Source of the DNA: the human T2T-CHM13v2.0 reference genome, Homo sapiens
DNA length: 64,000 nt
Assembly (NCBI GenBank): GCA_009914755.4
Contig: CP086569.2
Location: forward strand, 27,456,001-27,520,000
Reading direction: 5' to 3'
Part shown: piece by piece, positions 11,955-26,270 of the stretch
Layout of the letters: each line of letters starts with the position of its first letter
Position numbering within the stretch: the stretch's first letter is position 1
Translations under genes and position numbers: made by a program
The notes under the pieces: model-generated
The model's input: only the letters and a program-made list of their open reading frames with translations
The model's database searches: none
What the model was told of the DNA's origin: nothing

Positions 11955-14828
11955 CCACATTGGTTAAACTGACATCGAATAATATCAAATGAAATGTGGT
12001 GAAGTGGAGTGCAGTGTAACGAAATGGGGTTTAATGAAATTGAATGGATTGGAGTGGATTGGAGTCTACTGGAGTGGAATGGAATGGAATGGAAAGGAAT
12101 GGAATAGAATGGAGTGAAGTGCAGTGCAGTGAAATGGAGTGGAAAGGAATGGAATGGAATGGAATGGAATGGAATGGAATGGAATCAAATGGAATCGAAG
12201 TGAATCGAATCTAATGAAATTGATCGGAAAAAATGGAATGGAGTAGAATCGAATAAGATGGATTCAACAGGCAACAAATAGAATTGAATGGAATGCGGTG
12301 AGTTGGAGGGCATTGGAATGGAGTTGAATGGAATGGGGTGTAATTGAATTGAATGGAGTAGAGTGGATTGGAGTGGACTGGAGTGGAATGGAGCGGAATG
12401 GGCAGGAATGGAATTGAAAGGGGTGAATTGGAATTGAGTGCTGCGGATTGGGGTAGACTGCATTGTAGTAGATTGGAGTGGAAAGAAGTGGAGTGGAATG
12501 GAATGGAATGCAATGGAGTGGAGTGGAATGGAATGGAGTGGAGTAGAATGGAATTTAATGGAGTGGAGTGGAATTGAGTGGAATGGAGAGTAATGGAGTG
12601 GAGTGGACTGCAACGAAGTGGAGTGTAGTGCATTGGACTGTAGGGGATTGAAGTGTCTTGGAGTGCAATGGAGTGGAGTGGAATGGAATGGAATGGAATG
12701 GAATTGAATGGAATGGAATGGAGTGGAATGGAATCGAATCAGATGGGACTGAATCAAATCGAATTGAATGAAAATGAATGGAAAAAAAAGAATCAAATGG
12801 AATCAAATCGAATGGATTCGAATGATATTGAATGGAATTGAAAGGAATGCAGTGAGGTGGAGTTGAGTGGAATGGAGTGGAATGGAATGGGATGAATGGA
12901 ATTGACTGGAGAGGAGTGGAATGGAATGGAATGGAAAGTCATGGAATTGAAAAAAATGGAGTGTAGTAGAATGTAGTGGATTGGAGTGGAGTGCAGGGGA
13001 GTGCAGTGGAATGAAGTGGAGTGTAGTTGAATGGAATGGAGGGGTATGGAACGTACTGGAATGGAATGGATAAGAATGGAATGGAATGGAATCGCATGGA
13101 ATTGAATAGAATCAAATCGAATTGAATAGAATCAAATGGAAAAAATGGAGTCAAATGGAATCGAATGTCATAGAATCGAACGGTTTTGAATGTCAGTGAA
13201 TGGAAACGAATGGAATGCGATGAAGTGGAGCGGAGTGGAGTGGAAAGGAGTGCAATGGAATAGGGTGGAAGAGAATTTAATGGAACAGAGTAGATTGGAG
13301 TGGACTGGAGTGGAATGGAATGGGAAGGAATGGGATTGAAAGGAGTGGCGTGCAGTGGAGTGGAGTGGCATGGAGTGGAGTGGAGTGGAATGGAGTGGAA
13401 TGGAGTGGATTGGAATGGAATGGAGTGCAGAGGAATGGAATGGGATGGTATAGAGTGGACAGGAATGGAGTGGAGTGGATTGGAATGGAATGGAATGTAA
13501 GGGAATGGAACTGAATGGACTGGAATGGAATGGAATAGAATGGAATCGCAGGGAATCAAATTGGATTGAATCAAATCGAATGAAAAAAATGAAATCAAAT
13601 GAAATTGAAAAGAATCGAATTGAATGGAAACAATGGAATCGAATGGAGTCAAATGGAATCGAATCAAATCGTTTTGAATGGCGTCAAATGAAATGGCATG
13701 GAAGGCAGTGAATTGGAGTGGAGTGGAATAGAGAGGAATGAATTGGAATGGAGTGTAGTGGAATAGAGTGGATTCCAGTGGAGTGGAGTGGATTGGATTG
13801 GAATGGAATGGAATAGATTGGATTGGAGTGGTGCAGAGTGGAGTGGACTGGAGTGCAGAGGAATGGAGTAGAGAGAAGTCCAGTTGAATGGAATGGAATG
13901 GAGTGGAGCAGAATTGATTGCAAAAGAATGAAGTGGATTGGTATGGAATGGAATGGCGTGCAATGGCGTGGAGTAGAATGGAATGGAATCACATGGAATG
14001 ATATCAAATCAAATCGAATCGAACGGAAAATTATGAATCCAATGGAATCGAAAGGATTCTAAAGGAATGGATTCGAAAGACATTGAATGGAATGGAAAGG
14101 AATGCAGTGGAGTGGAGTGGAGTGGAATGTTTTAGAGTGAACTGAGGTGGATTGGAACTCTATGGAGAGGAGTGGAGTGAAGTGGATTGGAGTGGAATGG
14201 AGTGCAATGGACTGGAGTGGAGTGGAATGGATTGGAGTGGAGTGGAGTGGATCGGAGAGGAGTGCCGTGGAGTGGACTAGAGTGGGGTGGAGTGGAGTGC
14301 ATTGGAGTGGAATGGAGTGGAGTGGGCTGGAATGGAATGGAATGGAATCAAATCGCATGGTAATGAATGAAATGGAATCAAATAGAATGGAAATAATGGA
14401 ATCGAAGGCAAACGAATGGAATCGAATTGCACTGATTCTACTGACTTCGAACAAAATAAAATGAAACGCGGTGAAGTGGAGTGGAGTGGAATGTATTGGG
14501 TGGAATGGAATTGAATGGTGTGGAGTGGAGTGGAGTGCTCAGGAGTGGAATGGGAAGAAATGGAATTGAACGAAGTGGAGGGGAGTGGAATGGGGCATAA
14601 TGGAGTGCAATAGTGTGGAGTGGAGTAGAGTGGAATGGGTTGGAGTTGAATGCAGAGGACAGGAGTGGAGTGCGGTGGACTGAGGTGGAGTGAAGTTGAG
14701 TGGAGTGGATTGGATTGAAATAGAGCGGAGCAGAGTGGAATGGAATTGAATTACATGGTATTGAATCAAATCGAATGGAATTAAATCGAATGAAAAAATG
14801 GAATCAAATGCAAACGAATGGAGTCAAA
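11955..14828 (+). repeat. HOR unit U2 (2874 bp)
   Basis: Bounded by landmark to landmark. It contains an expanded pure (GGAAT)8 tract at 12146-12185. Confidence 0.8.
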
Positions 14829-17676
14829 CCACATTGGTTAAACTGACATCGAATAATATCAAATGAAATGCGGTGAAGTGGAGTGGAGTGTAACGAAATG
14901 GGGTGGAATGTAATTGAATGGAGTGGAGTGTTTGGAGTCTACTGGAGTGGAATGGAACGGAATGGAAAGGAATGGAATGGAATGGAGTGAAGTGCAGTGC
15001 AGTGAAATGGAGTGGAAAGGAATGGAATGGAATCAAATGGAGTCGAAGTGAATCGAATCTAACGAAATTGATCGGAGAAAATTGAATGGAGTAGAATCGA
15101 ATAAGATGGATTTAAAAGACAACAAATAGAATTGAATGGAATGCGGTGAGGTGGAGGGCACTGGAACGGAGTTGAATGGAATGGGGTGTAATTGAATTGA
15201 ATGGAGTGGAGTGGATTGGAGTGGACTGGAGTGGAATGGAACGGAATGGGCACGAATGGAATTGAAATGGGTGAATTGGAATTGAGTGCTGTGGATTGGA
15301 ATAGACTGCAATGTAGTGGATTGGAGTGGAAAGAAGTGGAGTGGAATGGAATGGAATGCAATGGAGTGGAGTGGAATGGAATGGAGTGTAGTAGAATGGA
15401 ATTTAATGGAGTGGAGTGGAATTGAGTGGAATGGAGAGTAATGGAGTGGAGTGGACTGGAGCAAAGCGGAGTGTAGTGCATTGGACTGTAGGGGATTGAA
15501 GTGGCTTGGAGTGCAATGGAGTGGAGTGGAATGGAATGGAATGGAATGGAATGGAGTGGAATGGAATCAAATCACATGGAACTGAATCAAATCAAATTGA
15601 ATGAAATTGAATGGAAAAAATGGAATCAAATGGAATCAAATCGAATGGATTCGAATGACATTGAATGGAATCGAAAGGAATGCAGTGAGGTGGAGTTGAG
15701 TGGAATGGAGTGGAATGGAATGGGATAAATGGAATTGACTGGAGAGGAGTGGAATGGAATGGAATGGAAAGGAATGGATTTGATGAAAATGGAGTGTAGT
15801 AGAATGTAGTGGATTGGAGTGGAGTGCAGGGGAGTGCAGTGGAATGAAGAGGAGTGTAGTTGAATGGAATGGAATGGTATGGAACGTACTGGAATGGAAT
15901 GGATAAGAATGGAATGGAATGGAATCGCATGGAATTGAATAAAATCAAATCGAATTGAATAGAATCAAATGGAAAAAATGGAGTGAAATGGAATCGAATG
16001 TCATAGAATCGAACGGTTTAGAATGTCAGTGAATGGAAACGAATGGAATGCGATGAATTGGAGCGGAGTGGAGTGGAAAGGAGTGCAATGGAATAGGGTG
16101 GAACAGAATTTAATGGAAGAGTGTAGATTGGAGTGTACTGGAGTGGAATGGAATGGGAAGGAATGGGATTGAAAGGAGTGGCGTGCAGTGGAGTGGAGTG
16201 GCATGGAGTGGAGTGGAGTGGAATGGAGTGGAATGGAATGGAGTGGAATGGAGTGGATTGGAATGGAATGGAGTGCAGAGGAATGGAATGGGATGGTATA
16301 GAGTGGACAGGAATGGAGTGGAGTGGATTGGAATGGAATGGAATGTAAGGGAATGGAACTGAATGGACTGGAATGGAATGGAATAGAATGGAATCGCAGG
16401 GAATCAAATTGGATTGAATCGAATCGAATGGAAAAAATGAAAACAAATGAAATTTTATAGAATCGAATTGAATGTAAACAATGGAATCCAATGGAGTCAA
16501 ATGGAATCGAATCAAATGGTTTTGAATGGCATCAAATGAAACGGCATGGAAGGCAGTGAATTGGAGTGGAGTGGAATAGAGAGGAATGAATTGGAATGGA
16601 GTGTAGTGGAATGGAGTGGATTCTAGTGGAGTGGAGTGGATTGGATTGGAATGGAATGGAATAGATTGGATTGGAGTGGTGCAGAGTGGAGTGGACTGGA
16701 GTGCAGAGGAATGGAGTGGAGTGAAGTCGAGTTGAGTGGAATGGAATGGAGTGTAGCAGAGTGGAATTCAAATGAATGAAGTGGATTGGTATGGAATGGA
16801 ATGGCGTGGAATGGAGTGGAATAGAATGGAATGGAATCGCATAGAATGATATCAAATCAAATCGAATCGAACGGAAAATTATGAATCCAATGGAGTCGGA
16901 AGGATTATAAAGGAATGGATTCGAAAGACATTGAATGGAATGGAAAGGAATGCAGTGAAGTGGAGTGGAGTGGAATGTTTTAGAGTGAACTGGGGTGGAT
17001 TGGAACTCTATGGAGAGGAGTGGAGTGAAGTGGATTGGAGTGGAATGGAGTGCAATGGACTGGAGTGGATTGGAATGGATTGGAGTGGAGTGGAGTGGAT
17101 CGGAGTGGAGTGCCGTGGAGGGGACTAGAGTGGGGTGGAGTGGAGTGCATTGGAGTGGAATGGAGTGGCGTGGGGTGGAATGGAATGGAATGGGATCAAA
17201 TCGCATGGTAATGAATGAAATGGAATCAAATGGAATGGAAATAATGGAATCGAAGGCAAACGAATGGAATCGAATTGCACAGATTCTACTGACTTCGAAC
17301 AAAATGAAATGAAATGCGGTGAAGTGGAGTGGAGTGGAATGTATTGGTTGGAATGGAATTGAATGGTGTGGAGTGGAGTGGAGTTCCCAGGAGTGGAATG
17401 GGAAGAAATGGAATTGAACGGAGTGGAGTGGAGTGGAATGGGGCATAATGGAGTGGAATAGTGTGGAGTGGAGTAGAGTGGAATGGGTTGGAGTGGAATG
17501 CAGAGGACAGGAGTGGAGTGCGGTGGACTGGAGTGGAGTGAAGTTGAGTGGAGTGGATTGGATTGAAATAGAGCGGAGCAGAGTGGAATGGAATTGAATC
17601 ACATGGTATTAAATCAAATCGAATGGAATTAAATCGAATGAAAAAATGGAATCAAATGCAAACGAATGGAGTCAAA
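14829..17676 (+). repeat. HOR unit U3 (2848 bp)
   Basis: Bounded by landmark to landmark. Periodic ORFs 16532-17602 and 16995-17312. Confidence 0.8.
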
Positions 17677-20530
17677 ACACATTGGTTAAACTCACAACGA
17701 ATAATATCAAATGAAATGCGGTGAAGTGGAGTGGAGTGTAACGAAATGGGGTGGAAGGAAATTGAATAGAGTGGAGTGGATTGGAGTCTACTGGAGTGGA
17801 ATGGAACGGAATGGAAAGGAATGGAATAGAATGGAGTGAAGTGCAGTGCAGTGAAATGGAGTGGAAAGGAATGGAATGGAATCAAATGGAATCGAAGTGA
17901 ATCGAATCTAATGAAATTGATCGGAAAAAATGGAATGGAGTAGAATCGAATAAGATGGATTCAAAGGCAACAAATAGAATTGAATGGAATGCGGTGAGGT
18001 TGAGGGCATTGGAATGGAGTTGAATGGAATGGGGTGTAATTGAAATGAATGGAGTGGAGTGGATTGTAGTGGACTGGAGTGGAAAGGAACGGAATGGGAA
18101 GGAATGGAATTGAAAGGGGTGAATTGGAATTGAGTGCTGTGGATTGGAGTAGACTGCATTGTAGTGGATTGGAGTGGAAAGAAGTGGAGTGGAATGGAAT
18201 GGAATGCAATGGAGTGGAGCGGAATGGAATGGAGTGGAGTAGAATGGAATTTAATGGAGTGGAGTGGAATTGAGTGGAATGGAGAGTAATGGAGTGGAGT
18301 GGACTGGAGCGAAGTGGAGTGTAGTGCCTTGGACTATAGGGGATTGAAGTGGCTTGGAGTGCAATGGAGTGGAGTGGAATCGAATGAAATGGAATGGAAT
18401 GGAACGTAGTGGAATGGAATCGAATCACATGGAACTGAATCAAATCGAATTGAATGAAATTGAACGGAAAAAATGAAATCCAATGGAATCAAATCGAATG
18501 GATTCGAATGACATTGAATGGAATCGAAAGGAATGCAGTGAGGTGGAGTTGAGTGGAGTGGAGTGGAATGGAATGGGATGAATGGAATTGACTGGAGATG
18601 AGTGGAATGGAATGGAATGGAAAGCAATGGAATTGAACGAAATGGATTGTAGTAGAATGTAGTGGATTGGAGTGGAGTGCAGGGGAGTGCAGTGGAATGA
18701 AGAGGAGTGTAGTTGAATGGAATGGAATGGTATGGAACGTACTGGAATGGAATGGATAAGAATGGAATGGAATGGAATCGCATGGAATTGAAAAGAATCA
18801 AATCGAATTGAATAGAATCAAATGGAAAAAATGGAGGCAAATGGAATCGAATGTCACAGAATCGAACGGTTTTGAATGTCAGTGAATGGAAACGAATGGA
18901 ATGCGATGAAGTGGAGCGGAGTGGAGTGGAAAGGAGTGCAATGGAATAGGGTGGAAGAGAATTTAATGGAACAGATTGGATTGGAGTGGACTGGAGTGGA
19001 ATGGAAAGGGAAGGAATGGGATTGAAAGGAGTGGCGTGCAGTGGAGTGGAGTGGCATGGAGTGGAGTGGAGTGGAATGGAGTGGAATGGAATGGAGTGGA
19101 ATGGAGTGGATTGGAATGGAATGGAGTGCAGAGGAATGGAATGGAATGGTATAGAGTGGACAGGAATAGAGTGGAGTGGATTGGAATGGAATGGAATGTA
19201 AGGGAATGGAACTGAATGGACTGGAATGGAATGGAATAGAATGGAATCGCAGGGAATCAAATTGGATTGAATCGAATCGAATGGAAAAAATGAAATCAAA
19301 TGAAATTGAATGGAATCGAATTGAATGTAAACAATGGAATCCAATGGAGTCAAATGGAATCGAATCAAATGGTTTTGAATGGCATCAAATGAAATGGCAT
19401 GGAAGGCAGTGAATTGGAGTGGAGTGGAATAGAGAGGAATGAATTGGAATGGAGTGTAGTGGAATGGCGTGGATTCCAGTGGAGTGGAGTGGATTGGATT
19501 GGAATGGAATGGAATAGATTGGATTGGAGTGGTGCAGAGTGGAGTGGACTGGAGTGCAGAGGAATGGAGTGGAGTGAAGTCCAGTTGAGTGGAATGGAAT
19601 GGAGTGGAGCAGAGTGGAATGCAAAAGAATGAAGTGGATTGTTATGGAATGGAATGGCGTGGAATGGCGTGGAATAGAATGGAATGGAATCGCATGGAAT
19701 GATACCAAATCAAATCGAATCAAACGGAAAATTATGAATCCAATGGAATCGAAAGGATTCTAAAGGAATGGATTCGAAAGGCATTGAATGGAATGGAAAG
19801 GAATGCAGTGGAGTGGAGTGGAGTGGAATATTTTAGAGTGAACTTGGGTGGATTGGAACTCTATGGAGAGGAGTGGAGTGAAGTGGATTGGAGTGGAATG
19901 GAGTGCAATGGACTGGAGTGGAGTGGAATGGATTGGAGTGGAGTGGAGTGGATCGGAGTGGAGTGCCGTGGAGTGGACTAGAGTGAGGTGGAGTAGAGTG
20001 CATTGGAGTGGAATGGAGTGGAGTGGGGTGCAACGGAATGGAATGGCATCAAATCGCATTGTAATGAATCAAATGGAATCAAATGGAATGGAAATAATGG
20101 AATCGAAGGCAAACGAATGGAATCGAATTGCACTGATTCTACTGACTTCGAACAAAATGAAATGAAACGCGGTGAAGTGGAGTGGAGTGGAATGTATTGG
20201 GTGGAATGGAATAGAATGGTGTGGAGTGGAGTGGAGTGCCCAGGAGTGGAATGGGAAGAAATGGAATTGAAGGGAGTGGATTGGAGTGGAATGGGGCATA
20301 ATGGAGTGGAATAGTGTGGAGTGGAGTAGAGTGGAATGGGTTGGAGTAGAATGCAGAGGACAGGATTGGAGTGCGTTGGACTGGAGTGGGGTAGAGTTGA
20401 GTGGAGTGGAGTGGATTGAAATAGAGCGGAGCAGAGTGGGATGGAATTGAATCACATGGTATTGAATCAAATCGAATGGAATTAAATCGAATGAAAAAAA
20501 TGGAATCAAATGTAAACGAATGGAGTCAAA
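17677..20530 (+). repeat. HOR unit U4 (2854 bp, a-like tail)
   Basis: Landmark variant acacattggttaaactcacaacgaa at 17677. Tail ORF 19848-20165 is close to the a type. Confidence 0.8.
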
Positions 20531-23402
20531 CCACATTGGTTAAACTGACATCGAATAATATCAAAAGAAATGTGGTGAAGTGGAGTGGAGTGTAACGAAA
20601 TGGAGTGGAATGAAATTGAATGGAGTGGGGTCGATTGGAGTCTACTGGAGTGGAATGCAATGGAATGGAAAGGAATGGAATAGAATGGAGTGAAGTGCAG
20701 TGCAGTGAAATGGAGTGGAAAGGAATGGAATGGAATGGAATGGAATCAAATGGAATCGAAGTGAATCGAATCTAATGAAATTGATCGGAAAAAATCGAAT
20801 GGAGTAGAATCGAATAATATGGATTCAAAAGGCAACAAATAGAATGAATGGAATGCGGTGAGTTGGAGGGCATTGGAATGGAGTTGAATGGAATGAGGTG
20901 TAATTGAATTGAATGGAGTGGAGTGGATTGGAGTGGACTGGAGTGGAATGGAACGGAATGGGCAGGAATGGAATTGAAAGGGGTGAATTGGAATTGAGTG
21001 CTGTGGATTGGAGTAGACTGCATTCTAGTGGATTGGAGTGGAAAGAAGTGGAGTGGAATGGAATGGAATGCAATGGAGTGGAGTGGAATGGAATGGAGTG
21101 GATTAGAATGGAATTTAATGGAGTGGAGTGGAATTGAGTGGAATGGAGAGTAATGGATTGGAGTGGGCTGCAGCGAAGTGGAGTGTAGTGCATTGGACTG
21201 TAGGGGATTGAAGTGGCTTGGAGTGCAATGGAGTGGAGTGGAATGGAATGTAATGGAATGGAATTGAATGGAATGGAATGGAGTGGAATAGAATTGAATC
21301 ACATGGAACTGAATCAAATCGAATTGAATGAAATTGAATGGAAAAAATGGAATCAAATGGAATCAAATCGAATGGATTCGAATGACATTGAATGGAATCG
21401 AAAGGAATGCAGTGAGGTGGAGTTGAGTGGAATGGAGTGGAATGGAATGGGATGAATGGAATTGACTGGAGAGGTGTGGAATGGAATGGAATGGAAAGTC
21501 ATGGAATTGAAAAAAATGGAGTGTAGTAGAATGTAGTGGATTGGAGTGGAGTGCAGGGGAGTGCAGTGGAATGAAGTGGAGTGTAGTTGAATGGAATGGA
21601 ATGGTATGGAACGTACAGGAATGGAATGGATAAGAATGGAATGGAATGGAATCGCATGGAATTGAATAGAATCAAATCGAATTGAATAGAATCAAATGGA
21701 AAAATGGAGGCAAATGGAATCGAATGTCATAGAATCGAACGGTTTTGAATGTCAGTGAATGGAAACGAATGGAATGCGATGAAGTGGAGCGGAGTGGAGT
21801 GGAAAGGAGTGCAATGGAATAGGGTGGAACAGAATTTAATGGAACAGAGTGGATTGGAGTGTACTGGAGTGGAATGGAATGGGAAGGAATGGGATTGAAA
21901 GGAGTGGCGTACAGTGGAGTGGAGTGGCATGGAGTGGAGTGGAGTGGAATGGAGTGGAATGGAATGGAGTGGAATGGAGTGGATTGGAATGGAATGGAGT
22001 GCAGAGGAATGGAATGGAATGGTATAGAGTGGACAGGAATGGAGTGGAGTGGATTGGAATGGAATGGAATGTAAGGGAATGGAACTGAATGGACTGGAAT
22101 GGAATGGAATAGAATGGAATCGCAGGGAATCAAATTAGATTGAATCGAATCGAATGGAAAAAATGAAATCAAATGAAATTGAATGGAATCGAATAGAATG
22201 TAAACAATGGAATCCAATGGAATCCAATGGAATCGAATCAAATGGTTTTGAATGGCATCAAATAAAATGGCATGGAAGGCAGTGAATTGGAGTGGAGTGG
22301 AATAGAGAGGAACGAATTGGAATGGAGTGTAGTGGAATGGCGTGGATTCCAGTGGAGTGGAGTGGATTGGATTGGAATGGAATGGAATAGATTGGATTGG
22401 AGTGGTGCAGAGTGGAGTGGACTGGAGTGCAGAGGAATGGAGTGGAGTGAAGTCCAGTTGAGTGGAATGGAATGGAGTGGAGCAGAGTGGAATGCAAAAG
22501 AATGAAGTGGATTGGTATGGAATGGAATGGCGAGGAATGGCGTGGAATAGAAAGGAATGGAATCGCATGGAACGATACCAAATCAAATCGAATCAAACGG
22601 AAAATTATGAATCCAATGGAATCGAAAGGATTCTAAAGGAATGGATTCGAAATGCATTGAATGGAATGGAAAGGAATGCAGTGGAGTGGAGTGGAGTGGA
22701 ATGTTTTAGAGTGAACTTGGGTGGATTGGAACTCTATGGAGAGGAGTGGAGTGAAGTGGATTGGAGTGGAATGGAGTGCAATGGACTGGAGTGGAGTGGA
22801 ATGGATTGGAGTGGAGTGGAGTGGATCGGAGTGGAGTGCCGTGGAGTGGACTAGAGTGAGGTGGAGTGGAGTGCATTGGAGTGGAATGGAGTGGAGTGGG
22901 GTGCAATGGAATGGAATGGCATCAAATCGCATGGTAATGAATCAAATGGAATCAAATCGAATGGAAATAATGGAATCGAAGGCAAACGAATGGAATCGAA
23001 TTGCACTGATTCTACTGACTTCGAACAAAATGAAATGAAACGCGGTGAAGTGGAATGGAGTGGAATGTATTGGGTGGAATGGAATAGAATGGTGTGGAGT
23101 GGAGCGGAGTGCCCAGGAGGGGAATGGGAAGAAATGGATTTGAACGGAGTGGAGTGGAGTGGAATGGGGCATAATGGAGTGGAATAGTGTGGAGTGGAGT
23201 AGAGTGGAATGGGTTGGAATGGAATGCAGAGGACAGGATTGGAGTGCGTTGGACTGGAGTGGAGTAGAGTTGAGTGGAGTGGAGTGGATTGAAATAGAGC
23301 GGAGCAGAGTGGGATGGAATTGAATCACATGGTATTGAATCAAATCGAATGGAATTAAATCGAATGTAAAAATGGAATCAAATGTAAACGAATGGAGTCA
23401 AA
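20531..23402 (+). repeat. HOR unit U5 (2872 bp, a-type tail)
   Basis: Tail ORF 22721-23038 differs by one residue from ORFs at 28461, 39963 and 48567. Confidence 0.8.
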
Positions 23403-26270
23403 CCACATTGGTTAAACTGACATCGAATAATATCAAAAGAAATGTGGTGAAGTGGAGTGGAGTGTAACGAAATGGAGTGGAATGAAATTGAATGGAGTGG
23501 GGTAGATTGGAGTCTACTGGAGTGGAATAGAATGGAATGGAAAGGAATGGAATAGAATGGAGTGAAGTGCAGTGCAGTGAAATGGAGTGGAAAGGAATGG
23601 AATGGAATGGAATCCAATGGAGTCGAAGTGAATCGAATCTAATGAAATTGATCGGAAAAAATGGAATGGAGTAGAATAGAAGAAGATGGATTCAAAAGGC
23701 AACAAATAGAATGAATGGAATGCGGTGAGTTGGAGGGCATTGGAATGGAGTTGAATGGAATGGGGTGTAATTGAATTGAATGGAGTGGAGTGGATTGTAG
23801 TGGACTGGAGTGGAATGGAACGGAATGGGCAGGAATGGAATTGAAAGGGGTGAATTGGAATTGAGTGCTGTGGACTGGAGAAGACTGCATTGTAGCGGAT
23901 TGGAGTGGAAAGAACTGGAGTGGAATGGAATGGAATGCAATGGAGTGGGGTGGAATGGAATGGAGTGGAGTAGAATGGAATTTAATGGAGTGGAGTGGAA
24001 TTGAGTGGAATGGAGAGTAATGGAGTGGAGTGGACTGGAGCGAAGTGGAGTGTAGTGCATTGGACTGTAGGGGATTGAAGTGGCTTGGAGTGCAATGGAG
24101 TGGAGTGGAATGGAATGTAATGCAATGGAATGGAATGGAATGGAATGTAGTGGAATGGAATCGAATCACATGGAACTGAATCAAATCGAATTGAATGAAA
24201 TTGAATGGAAAAAATGGAATCCAATGGAATCAAATCGAATGGATTCGAATGACATTGAATGGAATCGAAATGAATGCAGTGAGGTGGAGTTGAGTGGAGT
24301 GGAGTGGAATGGAATGGGATGAATGGAATTGACTGGAGAGGAGTGGAATGGAATGGAATGGAAAGCAATGGAATTGAACGAAATGGAGTGTAGTAGAATG
24401 TAGTGGATTGGAGTGGAGTGCCGGGGAGTGCAGTGAAATGAAGAGGATTGTAGTTGAATGGAATGGAATGGTATGGAACGTACTGGAATGGAATGGATAA
24501 GAACGGAATGGAATGGAATCGCATGGAATTGAAAAGAATCAAATCGAATTGAATAGAATCAAATGGAAAAAATGGAGGCAAATGGAATCGAATGTCATAG
24601 AATCGAACGGTTTTGAATGTCAGTGAATGGAAACGAATGGAATGCGATGAAGTGGAGCGGAGTGGAGTGGAAAGGAGTGCAATGGAATAGGGTGGAACAG
24701 AATTTAATGGAACAGAGTGGATTGGAGTGGACTGGAGTGGAATGGAAAGGGAAGGAATGGGATTGAAAGGAGTGGCGTGCAGTGGAGTGGAGTGGCATGG
24801 AGTGGAGTGGAGTGGAATGGAGTGGAATGGAATGGAGTGGAATGGAGTGGATTGGAATGGAATGGAGTGCAGAGGAATGGAATGGAATGGTATAGAGTGG
24901 ACAGGAATGGAGTGGAGTGGATTGGAATGGAATGGAATGTAAGGGAATGGAACTGAATGGACTGGAATGGAATGGAATAGAATGGAATCGCAGGGAATCA
25001 AATTGGATTGAATCGAATCGAATGGAAAAAATGAAAACAAATGAAATTGAATGGAATCGAATTGAATGTAAACAATGGAATCCAATGGAGTCAAATGGAA
25101 TCGAATCAAATGGTTTTGAATGGCATCAAATGAAATGGCATGGAAGGCAGTGAATTGGAGTGGAGTGGAATAGAGAGGAATGAATTGGAATGGAGTGTAG
25201 TGGAATGGAGTGGATTCCAATGGATTGGAGTGGATTGGATTGGAATGGAATGGAATAGATTGGATTGGAGTGGTGCAGAGTGGAGTGGACTGGAGTGCAG
25301 AGGAATGGAGTGGAGTGAAGTCCAGTTGAGTGGAATGGAATGGAGTGGAGCAGAGTGGAATGCAAAAGAATGAAGTGGATTGTTATGGAATGGAATGGCG
25401 TGGAATGGCGTGGAATAGAATGGAATTGAATCGTATGGAATGATACCAAATCAAATCGAATCAAACGGAAAATTATGAATCCAATGGAATCGAAAGGATT
25501 CTAAAGGAATGGATTCGAAAGGCATTGAATGGAATGGAAAGGAATGCAATGGAGTGGAGTGGATTGGAATGTTTTAGAGTAAACTTGGGTGGATTGGAAA
25601 TCTATGGAGAGGAGTGCAGTGAAGTGGATTGGAGTGGAATGGAGTGCAATGGACTGGAGTGGACTGGAATGGATTGGAGTGGAGTGGAGTGGATCGGAGC
25701 AGAGTGCCGTGGAGTGGACTAGAGTGAGGTGGAGTGGAGTGCATTGGAGTGGAATGGAGTGGAGTGGGGTGCAACGGAATGGAATGGCATCAAATCGCAT
25801 GGTAATGAATCAAATGGAATCAAATGGAATGGAAATAATGGAATCGAAGGCAAACGAATGGAATCGAATTGCACTGATTCTACTGACTTCGAACAAAATG
25901 AAATGAAACGCGGTGAAGTGGAGTGGAGTGGAATGTATTGGGTGGAATGGAATAGAATGGTGTGGAGTGGAGTGGAGTGCCCAGGAGTGGAATGGGAAGA
26001 AATGGAATTGAACGGAGTGGAGTGGAGTGGAATGGGGCATAATGGAGTGGAATAGTGTGGAGTGGAGTAGAGTGGAATAGGTTGGAATGGAATGCAGAGG
26101 ACAGGATTGGAGTGCGGTGGACTGGAGTGGAGTAGAGTTGAGTGGAGTGGAGTGGATTGAAATAGAGTGGAGCAGAGTGGGATGGAATTGAATCACATGG
26201 AATTGAATCAAATCGAATGGAATTAAATCGAATGAAAAAATGAAATCAAATGTAAACGAATGGAGTCAAA
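23403..26270 (+). repeat. HOR unit U6 (2868 bp, b-like tail)
   Basis: Tail ORF 25589-25906 (MDWKSMERSAVKW...) is b-like. The head ORF 23639-24184 matches the heads of U8, U12 and U15. Confidence 0.8.
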
